Source: Euglena gracilis (taxonomy: Eukaryota). Taken from it: a DNA stretch of 64,000 nucleotides. A program made the position numbers and the translations under genes. The notes below the pieces were generated by a model that saw nothing but the letters and a program-made list of their open reading frames with translations, searched no databases and was not told the origin of the DNA. The stretch lies in the NCBI GenBank assembly GCA_039621445.1, contig CP154954.1, positions 12,642,716 to 12,706,715 of the forward strand, given 5' to 3'. Positions 42,988 to 52,899 of the stretch are shown one piece after another. Every line of letters starts with the position of its first letter. Position 1 is the first letter of the stretch.

Positions 42988-43450
42988 TATATATGTGTAC
43001 ATGCAATGTTCGTATATATATATATATTATATTTTATATGTGTATATATATAATGTGTGTGTATATAATAGATATATATACATATATACATATATATATG
43101 TCTATATATATATCTATTATATCTGTGTATATGTAATGTGTGTGTCTCCCCTATCTCTTCTCTCTCTCTATATTTGTCTCTCTCCTGTGTGTATATCTGT
43201 GTGTGTCCTCTCCTCTGTGTGTATATGTAAATATGAACACTTGAATTGCACCGAATGTTCATTCTCCATATATATTATATATATATTATATATGTGTATA
43301 TATAGTGTGTGTATATAATTTATATATATATTATATTATATATATGTATATATCTGTGTGTATAGATATATATTATATATTGTATATGTGTCTATGTAAT
43401 GTGTGTGTATAGTCTCTATATATTCTCTCTATATCTTGTATATATTGTCT
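41760..43450. repeat. Long degenerate TA/TACA/TATG low-complexity tract
   Basis: Direct reading. Includes a local duplication 41705-41790 vs 42295-42380. Confidence 0.97.
42614..42870. mobile_element. Fold-back (palindromic) element inserted in TA microsatellite
   Basis: Almost the whole element is an inverted repeat centred on 'gggctatgttgcgcaacatagccc'. Each end carries a 'tttagtacc...ggtactaaa' hairpin; the right end is GCCATA. Confidence 0.8.
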
Positions 43451-43655
43451 CTCTCCTGTGTGTTCTCTCTGTGTGTGTGTCTCTGTATATGTGTCTGTGA
43501 TAATATGTTCCCCGAATTGCATTGCCCGCATGTCCATGTTCCCATTGGCATTTTTCTTTTCGAAATTCGCTACAATTTGGATTCTTCGCTACAACTTGGT
43601 GAGTTCTTGCTAACAATAGCGGAACAGTAGGAATTCAGAACAATGATATGATTTG

Positions 43656-43800
<145 letters not shown>

Positions 43801-44562
43801 AGAAGCAGGCGGCTGTTCTCTGACTGACCCTGGCCTCACCTGGGACACCCCACTCCCTCCAGCCCCACCAGCTCGGACAGCAGCGTTGGGACCCACGGTC
43901 CATTTGGCAGGAGCCCTCCGCTCACCCCGGCGGTGACCGCGCCACCCGTGCCTCCACGGTGGTCGTGTGGCTCTGTTGATTGCCACCGATTTCGCCTTAT
44001 CATGAAAACCACACAACTGCCAGTGCTGGAGTTGTTGTCCAGCTGAACAGTGGGAACAGATTCTGACTGAGATAGAAATAGAAAGGAGATGGAAAAGAAC
44101 GTTCTCTTACGCTTCCGAGAGTATTCCATAATGTGTTTGGTGAAGGTTTTAAATGAAAATTTTTTCTCAAAAAATATATATGACATAATGTTTGGTTCTT
44201 TATATTTTTTTGTTGTTTGTTATGGAAATGTCAGGACCGTTTTCAGTACACGTACAGTTTGCCTTCTTTCCTTGTACATTTTCCTTCTTTCATATTGTCA
44301 AGTTTTTCCATCTTTGTTTTTTGAATGTGTTTGAATTTGTCTGTTTTGGCTCTCAATTCAGGTGTTACACTTTGTTACGACAGTGCAACTGCGTGTGCCA
44401 AACAGATGCGATTGCCGAATTGTATTCTACACCACAGTCAGCCCCCATTCTTGAGGAGCCCCCCAATTTCACAGCAGAACCCTCTGACGAGGGCTGCCCC
44501 ACTGAATTGCAAGACAACCAGGCTTCTGCGTCATGTACTGAATTGTACAGTATGCTTTGGGA

Positions 44563-44610
<48 letters not shown>

Positions 44611-44659
44611 TAAATTGGTGTGGCTGGGGGAAATAATGACCAACCCGATAGTGTGTGTT

Positions 44660-45380
44660 TCACTACCTACGCGGCACCCTCTGGGACAACACCCTTTGGG
44701 TTGGGCCAGTCAAGGCCCTTTCGGTGCGGAGAAGGGCAAAAATTGCCAAGAAAAATACGGAACACACCCGAAGGCTTGGGGCGCGAGTACTCAATTCTTA
44801 GCCGCCGGTCCTGGGGTCGCAGCACCAACCCCTGGGGGAGGGGGTAACCTGAGCCGTCGGTTGCTCAGCAGGAGCTGCCCAGGGTTTAGCCCACAAAATG
44901 GGCGCTGGGGGCGAGGCATGGGGGTGCGAAACAACCGCGCCATGCAATTCTGGGCAAAATGCCATGGAAAGCTCCATGGGACGCAGGGTCACTGCGTAAA
45001 TCCTTCTTCTGAATCGGTGTTGCTGGGGGAACTCCTTGGGAGGAACTGCTTACCGACCCGACAGTGTGCTTGCGGGGAAGTGTGCTGTCAGTCGGTGTTG
45101 GGCGTGTGTGTTGTCAGTCTGTGTTGCGGTTTCGCCCCTGGCTGGCAGGTGGGGCGTCGTCACAGGTGACGACCCTGCCAACCCTCGTCCCCAACTGCTT
45201 TTGTCAGAAGGTTAAGAACGAGCTCTGCGTCTTCCTCCCAGGATGGGGGAGGGGGGTGCTGAAAAAAACGAGCCCCAAAAACAAGGCAGCGCGGGACGGA
45301 AAAATGGCTGCTCCATTACCTATGGGGCACCCTCCGGGACAGCACCTTTTTTCGGAGGGCCATCCAAGGCCTTTTCGGCG
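44660..45380 (+). repeat. Dispersed copy of the 671-bp structured repeat (one unit plus terminal redundancy)
   Basis: Reverse-complement homology to 14901-16518. 'acctac/t g.ggcaccctc.gggaca.cacc' occurs at both about 44665 and 45318. Confidence 0.9.
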
Positions 45381-45454
45381 CGGCTCACCCCTGGACTCCA
45401 AGCCCCGTACTGTCTTGGCAGTGAGGTGAAGCGCATGGAACATTCCTTAAACCC

Positions 45455-46700
45455 GGCCTAGGAAGGCTCACAGGCTCTAATGTGCCTGTGGGAAATCGCT
45501 TCGGGACCTGTTCCACCCGTTGTGTGGTGGCCGCGGTTTCCCGTGTATCTCTCTCTTTCCGCACACAGCGGTCAGGTCCGAAGACCTGGGCGGTTTCGGA
45601 ACCGGCCGGGCCATGTGCCACTGAACCCCGGCTGGTGGTGGCATACCGCCTTGTTTTTGGGCGCGCATGCTGTGCGGGTGGGCTAGTTATGGACCCCAAG
45701 AGTATGGCGACCCCGGGGCCACCCACAGCTCGATCCAAGCGGGCAAGTCATGGTCTCTTGGGCACCCACCTGGAGCTGTGGAGAGCAACTCACACCTGAG
45801 GAACGGCCCATGTGCTGTTGCCCAGGATTGTGGCACAACCCCCTCTCCTTAGGCATGAAGGTGGTCAGCCCCTCTGGGATTCTCTGGTCGACGGCCGGCG
45901 CGGACGGGGTCCTGGCTACCTCATCAGCCCGCCTCTTCCACCCAGATCCGGGTCAGCCTTCCTGGAGCGACCCGCATAGAGCCACTATGGGGAGCCCGAC
46001 CCCCTACCCACCATGTAGGGACAGGGGTCTCGTCCAGGGACCGTGGGGCGCCCTGCCCCACGTCTCACCAGGAGGGTAAGGGGCATCACCAGGGTTTGAT
46101 ATAAGGAGGGCGTACATGGTTTAGGTGGGGGGGGTGTCCCCCCCCCCCCCCCCCCTCCTGGCCCGCAGGGGGGGGGTCCGGACCACCCCCCCCCACCTGC
46201 CAGGGGGGTCCGGACCGACCCTCGGGGAGGTTCCCGGGACCCCTCCCAAAAAGGGTCAATTTTTTTCTCCGGCGCTTCGCGCCGAAAATTTTTTGCATTT
46301 TTGGCACATTTTTGCCCAAAAAGTGCCCAAAATGGCACTTTTGGTCGTTTTGGGGGTCAAAAATTTTCGGCCACCCTGACCGCGCACCTGTTTAGGTGGG
46401 GGGGGTGTCCCCCCCCACCCCCCCCCTCCTGGCCCGCAGGGGGGGGTCCGGACCACCCCCCCCACCTGTCCTTATATCGAACCCTGGGCATCACCCATGT
46501 GGCTGTCTCCCTGGTGCCGACTTGCACTTGTGGCGGTGCAGGAGGGACCTTGCACTCGATCGAGTCTTTGGAGGCCGAGTGCACCTTCTCGGTTGCTGCA
46601 TGGGGAGCCTGATCATATTTGTCTATCGCCTGAGCTGGCGGTAGCCCATATTGTGTCCTCGCCGTAGGCGGTTGTGGTCTCGGCTCATCCGTGGACTAAG
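45455..46700 (+). repeat. Diverged dispersed copy of the about 890-bp structured repeat (split by a MITE)
   Basis: Collinear similarity to the units at 56853-61256 ('tgttccacccgttg', 'ctttccgcacacagcggt', 'atggaccccaag', 'tgaaggtggtca', 'gtgccgacttgcact'). Inverted fragments lie at 33195-33260 and 33758-33980. Confidence 0.9.
46090..46486. mobile_element. hAT-like MITE (397 bp)
   Basis: TIR CAGGGTT(T/C)GATATAAGGA. 8-bp TSD GGCATCAC at 46082-46089 and 46487-46494. Highly similar to 33352-33749. Confidence 0.95.
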
Positions 46701-48636
46701 GCGGCCGGATTCGCACTTAAGGATTTTTATGTTGATTTGCGCATATGCGCAAATTCCCGAATTTTTTCATTCCGGCTGTGAAGGTGAGGGGGACGAAGAA
46801 ACACGCCGGCAAGCAAGGGCAAAAACGAAGTGATTTTTTGGTTTTGGTGGAGTGACCCCCAGGATTTTGGCAAAAAAATGGTGCTTTTGAGGGGTGTTGG
46901 GGAGGATTTTGTGGCCCCAAACCCCCTGGACCTTGCCCGCCCAAGTGGAAAAAAAGCAAAAAAGCACCAAGGGACCGGGACCCTGCCCGCCACTTTGAGT
47001 GCGCGGAGCATTTTTTGGGAAAGTAGTGTCGCCAGCAGTGTGTTCCCTCCCGGTGCCTCGGAGTGTGTGTTGCTATTTTTACCCCTGGGACTGGGATTTT
47101 TTAGGATTTGGAAGAAAAGCAGGGGACTGGGTGACAGGGTTTTGGGGGGTGGGGTTGCGGGTCGGTGGGTCTGGTGTGACGGGGGAATCGGGTGAAGAGG
47201 TACAGGGGGGAGAGTTGCGGAGGGTGCAGAGGTGCGCAGGGGGGGGGTGGAAGGTGCGGTCAGGGCAGCCGGTGTGAGACACCCACAGGGGGTGTCAGTG
47301 GGGGCTTGGTGGGACACTGACATTGGTGTGTGTGCGTGCAACCCATGATTTGATTTTTGTGTTTTTGTGAGGCATAAAAATTGATGAACAATGTTTGTTG
47401 CCGCAATTACGCAAGTCAACACCCGAATGTGTGTGGGCCGGTGTAGGAGAGAGGGGATAGGGAGGGAAACAGGAGTTAAAAAGGGACCGGGTTGAAAAGG
47501 CCGATAAACAACACAAGCCCCCGGCGGGATATGCTTGCCCCTGGAGGCTGAACAGGATGGGGGGGGTGCCGCCCCACACTCCGTCGCGCTGGTTGTGAGT
47601 GGGAGGTGGGACTTGAGGAGGGATATTTTTCTGTGGCACGGGTGAGAGGGACAGCAGGGCACGAGAGGGGGTGCAGCCACAAGAGGGGATGTGCAAGTCA
47701 CACCAACCCAAAAAAAATTTAATTCCACCCCCTGGCAGGGAAAGGGAAGCTGATGCGGAGGGAGAACGGGATGAGGAGCAGCAGGTGGGTGACCCTGTCG
47801 ACGATGGGTTGGAGGTGGTGGACGGCCGGGGTGGGTGGCGTACACGTACACAACGACAGCGGGGTTTTTGTGATGCCTGAGAGGGCTTTGAGAGAATGAA
47901 TCAACCGAACCAGAGACAATTGCGCAAATGCGCCCATGGACATTTTACAAAACATAAGATGCTGAGGTAAATTGTGAAATGAGCAGGGGAATTGAAAAAA
48001 AAGAAGACCGAGGAGACAAGCCCATAGCCAGTCTCACTTCTTGTGCTTGGAGAGCCGCTTGGCGAGGCTCTCTGAGGCGGCAGCCGGCTTCCCGCCCGGA
48101 TTCAGCAGCCCGCGACGGACGGTGCTCCTGGCCGCAGCGGCTGGGGCTGGTCGTGGTGGTGGAGGCGGTGGCTCCTCCCCTCGGACTCCTCCTCTTCCGA
48201 CTCTGCCTCCTCTGGAGCTGGCTCCCGGGCCGCCGCCGCCTCCGCCTCTACCTTGGCGATGGCCGCTTCGATCATTGGCTACGTCACCGGGTATTTCTTG
48301 CGGTCGAGGAGGTGGTAGGACTTCGGGCCCTTGAGGGCTTCACCCGGCCCGGGCGGACGGACCAGCCCCGCCGCCTTCCACCTGGTGTCCTCTTTGCCTT
48401 TGCCCTTGCCCTTCCCCTTGCCCTCCCCCTTCTTCTCCTCCCCCTTCTTCTCCTCCGCTTTCTTCTCCTCCTCCCTTCTTCTCACCTTCCACTCCTTCCG
48501 CTTCGGCGGCTCTGGCTTCCTGATCCCGGGGGTGGTCTTCTCGATGGTGTCCTCCTCCTCTTCTTCCACTTCTCCCTCCACTGGTCGGGGCGCGAGAGCT
48601 TCACTGGCCAGGGATGAGGAGGCGCCGGAGCTGCTG

Positions 48637-49101
48637 CAGGGGGGGGGGGATGCGTTTCACATTTTTACGCATTTTTTCGCATTTTTTGCGCATTTTTTTC
48701 AAATTTTCCAAAAATGCGCATTTTTGCGCATTTTTTCGCATTTTTTGTGCATTTTTTCTTTTTTTTCAGCGCATTTTTTTTTGCTTTTTGGCACATTTTT
48801 TCGTGATTTTCCAAAATTTTCGCATTTTTTGACAATTTGTGCAATTTTTTGCAAAAATTTGAAATTTTCGACTTTTTTTGAAACTTACATTTTCCTCATT
48901 ATTCTACATAATTTCTTCAAATTTGGTGCCATTTTTGCATGTTTTTGGGTAATTTTTGCATTTTTGTGATTTTTGCGCATTTTTTCTCGGATTTTGCACA
49001 TTTTTGCGCATTTTTTCCAAAAATGCGCATTTGTTGCGCATTTTTTTGCGCATTTTTGCGCATTTTTTTCCGAGGCCGGGCGAGCACATTTCCCCCCCCT
49101 G
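48637..49101. mobile_element. MITE with 7-bp TSD inserted in an exon (465 bp)
   Basis: Ends CAGGGGGGG / CCCCCCCTG. TSD GCTGCTG at 48630-48636 and 49102-49108. Internal 'ttttgcgcattt' repeats. Removing element plus one TSD rejoins DSNSSDSS|SGASSSLASE in frame. Confidence 0.92.
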
Positions 49102-50245
49102 GCTGCTGTCGCTGCTGTTGCTGTCGTCGGACTCCTCCGCCTGCTCGGCCACTGGCACGATGACCGGGCTGGCCTCCTCCGGCTGGCTGCTGGCGGCAGG
49201 TAGGGTCAACTCCAGGGTCTCCTGGCTGGGGGCGGTCATCTCCACATCGCCCTCCTCTGGGCTGTCCACTTCCTCGACGTCTTCCCTTCTGACCTTGGGG
49301 GGTGGAGGCCTGGGCTTCTTCTCCACCTCCTACTCCCGACGCTTCTTCTTCTTGTCACCATCCTCCTTCTGGCGCTGCTCTAGCTTCTGCTTGCGGCGCT
49401 CCTCCTGCTGCAGTTTAGTCTGGCGGCGCCGCTCCTCAGACTCCTTCGCCCTTCGCGCCGCTCCTCGGACTCCTTCGCCCTTCGCCCCGTGTCCTCAGCG
49501 GCCAGCCAGAGCTTGTCCTTCAGGGCGGCATTCTCCAGGGGCACCCAGAGCGGGTCCCCCACCTCTAGCGCAGCCAGGAGCAGCGGCAGCTGGCGGAGGG
49601 GACGGGCCAGGGCAGGGTCACCGTGTTGCCCACACTCTGGGCGACCTCCTCCAGGCTGCTGGCCGAGTCCTCCACCACCACCAGCACCTCGGGCGGCTTG
49701 GCAGCCCAGGCCGCCACACTGGCCGACACCGCGGTGCCGGCGGCCTGGATGACATGGCGTTGGCCACCACCATCCGGCGGACCACCCTGCGCCACAGCCA
49801 CTCCACGCAGAGCCAGTGCAGCCCCAGCCCGCATTTGGACTCCACGTCCCACTCCACCTTCGGCAGCACCTGCGAGGGAGCACACAACAGATACAACATA
49901 ACATAACAGAAAGAACACTGATTCCAAATAATTTGGGCGCATTTGCATGTTACAACCCTGGTCCATTCGCACAGACTGCTTAAAACCCAGGACCTTTCTG
50001 CACCGGATGCAGGATGACCTTGGTATGCTCGACGTCTCCCGGTCCGAAGAGCACGACCATGGACCGCTTGTCGAATTTGCGGGCGACCCCCAGGCCGCCC
50101 TGCCGCAGCCAGACGTCCACCATGGCCGTTTTCCGTCCCGGCGCCAGCCGCTGCACCGCCGTCTCCACGGCTGACACCGCCCCCGTCCTGCCGTAGATGA
50201 CGATCGGCACCAGGCCAGCCAGACGCCTGACCAGCTCGGACAGGA

Positions 50246-50484
50246 GGCAGCAGGATTCTGTTTAATCTGATGCATCCTGCACAGGGTCGTTTCATCTACG
50301 CAAGTGCGCGCATTAAAAGTTGTGTGAAATTGCGCAAATCAACGAACATTGTCACATTCTGAAAGGAAAGTGCTTGCAGAAGGCCACTTCTGGAACGATA
50401 TTTGTGTTAAATTTTTTTGATGCGGGCAAATGTGCAAACAAAAAACGAAGAGCACATTGAGGAAAAAAAAACAGAATCCTGAGC
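50246..50484 (-). other. Euglenid-type nonconventional intron (239 nt)
   Basis: Perfect 13-bp terminal inverted repeat CAGGATTCTGTTT (50251-50263 / 50469-50481), with CAG at +4..+6 and CTG at -8..-6. Excision gives the in-frame join VEVNHNT|VLSELVRRLAGLVPIVIYG. Confidence 0.7.
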
Positions 50485-52899
50485 CCGTGTTGTGGTTGAC
50501 CTCCACGACGACGAGGCCCACCGCGGCCCCCAGCGCCTCCACCGGCACCTCCTTCCCACCGGATTTGTACAGGAGGCACCGCACCGCCTTCTCCTCCCCC
50601 ACTGGCCTGGCCGCCCACCTCGGGCGTCAGCCGCCGCCGGAGGGACCGCATGTGCGAAGACAGCAGCGTGCGGCCCCGCGCTGCCAGCGCCAACTCCACA
50701 CTGAGGAGGCCCGCCATGGCCTCCGGGGTCTCCTCCACCAGCCGCTGCAGCGGCGCGCACATCTTGATGACGTCGCCCTGCGCAGATGACAACACACACA
50801 CACACACACATACACGAGCCCAGCACTCACCATGGATCCATTGTGTTGGTGCGCGCAAAAGCAAAAAACATGCACAATGGCATCAATTATGGCATCAAGC
50901 TACAGTAATTTGAATGTAGTGGGATCACACCTGTGCGACGGACCGGTCCCACCCGGCCTGCCGGTAGGCCGCCGCTAGCCGCACAGCCGGCACGGGGAGA
51001 GGTCTTTCCCCTTCGCCAGAAGGTTGGCGCGGGATGGACAGCTCTTTCACCGCAGATTGGATGGCCTGGACATCGCCTCTGGCGGCCCGCCGCAGGTGCA
51101 CCGGCGTCAGGTTGTGGGGCACGGTAGCCAGGACGTACTTGCCCTGGCCATAGTACTTCATTTGATGCATATTTCAGACACAGAAGGATGGGCAACACGA
51201 GAGCGGCTGCACGGGAGGGGCTGCACGAGACGGGAAGCAAAACCAGAAACAAACAAATAAAAGGATGAACCCTTCGGCGGGTTCAGCTTCCGGGCCCGGA
51301 AGCTCTCCGCCCACTGCTTCAGCGGCACGTGATGTGCTGCCCGCTGACCAGCACGTATTTGTCCTCTGTGAAGAGAATGAATGGAATGTGTGTGCAGCAG
51401 CGCGCATCAACAGAACAGGTGACACAAGACATAACATACTGTCTTTCTGCCACACGGTGACCCGCACCATCTCCAGTGGGGGGTTTAGCTGCAGCTGCCG
51501 CAGCTTCCGCTCCACCTCCATGTTGTTCAGGGGCCGTAGAATGTGTGACCTGAGGCAAGGCGGCATTCCAAAAAAGGGGGGCTTTCTCGCCCTGGATTGA
51601 ATTGTACATTCAACAACTGAAACATCCACACTGGAAGGTCGTCTAACCCCCGGTAGGCAATCCGCCCAAATTATGCAAAAAAATCATCCGACTTAGGCAT
51701 TTTTTTGGGCAAAAATTGGAAAAAAAGTGAAACACCATGACAGAACCCCAGGAATGAATTATTCCTGGTTCCTGGTTCGTGACGGGGGGGGTATGTATAT
51801 ATGTGTGTGTGTGTATGCCATGTTTCTGTATTCTGCAACTGTTTATCTGTGTCAAAAACTGCCCAACACAAACCGGGGGTTACACGTCACGCATTCTAAT
51901 TGCGAAACTGTTAAACCATTGGCAGTTGACGGTTGGGAAACCGTAGGCCTGGTTTTTGGGAAGTGCAGAACGTGTGCGGAGAGAAGTAATGACATTTTTT
52001 ATTTTGGGCCTTGTGCGCGTCGAAATTGCGTATTGACTGACCCTAAATTGTGTCCAAAGTTGTTGAGCTGTCGCCTCATCAGAAAAATCTTTCAGTTGCA
52101 CTCCTCGAAGGGATCCGACGGGACGTACACACCCGGCGGTGCCCTAGGTGGCACCATGTCCCTGCTGCTGGAGGCTGCGCCACGCCGTGCAGGTTCCGCA
52201 GGTGTCCGAACGCCCTTTTTGAGGAGGTAGCTCACCGCCCACCACGGACTCGAACCGCGAACGCCGAGTTGGTCGCTCGGGCAACGACTCCTCGGATGAG
52301 GACTCCACAGCCGCAGATGCTGGCAGATTCAGCGCGTATTCACCTAATATATTTTTTGAAGTAGAATGTTGATTTGCGCAATTGCGCCCAAAAAAACGTA
52401 TTATTTTTGTTTAGGAGGGGGTATGACCCCCCATTTGCAAAAAAAAAAGCAAGTACTCTGAGAAATGCAGAGTTTCTGACATACCGTACCTTCTAACCCT
52501 CTCTTGTTTGTGGCAATCTCTTTTTCAAGCAATTCAATTCAAACTGAGCATACGACAAAGTGCAGGCGTGTCTTGTTATATGTTGCTATCTATCAGGCTT
52601 TCAGACTGTTCACACAGGACATCGGTATAATTCATTTGATGTGTACGCCCACTGAAGGTTCCGCCTGTATGTTTTTTGCATACAAAATGTTTTTTATTTG
52701 CGCAAATGCGCAAATAAAAACATATTTTGTTTGATACAGCACAATTTCAACGAGATTGATGTTATTCTGTGTGTCACAACGTAACCCATATGGACATATG
52801 TTTGTTTTTGATGAGCGCAAATGCGCAAATTTCAATGAACGCTTCTTCATTGTACAATTTGAAGCATGAATGTCTCATAGTGAATGGTCCTCTCAAAGC

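Larger units (their letters stand above)
48030..52330 (-). pseudogene. Decayed multi-exon gene: N-terminal ParB/Srx-like domain, C-terminal charged low-complexity tail
   Basis: GC-rich exons are joined by GT-AG introns at 51592-52041, 51366-51439, 50778-50930 and 49870-49993, and a non-GT-AG intron at 50246-50484. The reconstruction includes ILRPLNNMEVERKLRQLQLNPPLEMVRVTVWQKDKDKYVLVSGQHIT..LKQWAE, a ParB-like R..V..L...P.V..Y.hhsGxH pattern. Several frameshifts and stops are present. Confidence 0.6.

Noticed and set aside
41683-43318. ORFs rich in Y/I/C/M/H, and the poly-T, SL/ER and LSIY ORFs elsewhere
   Set aside because: Translations of microsatellites.
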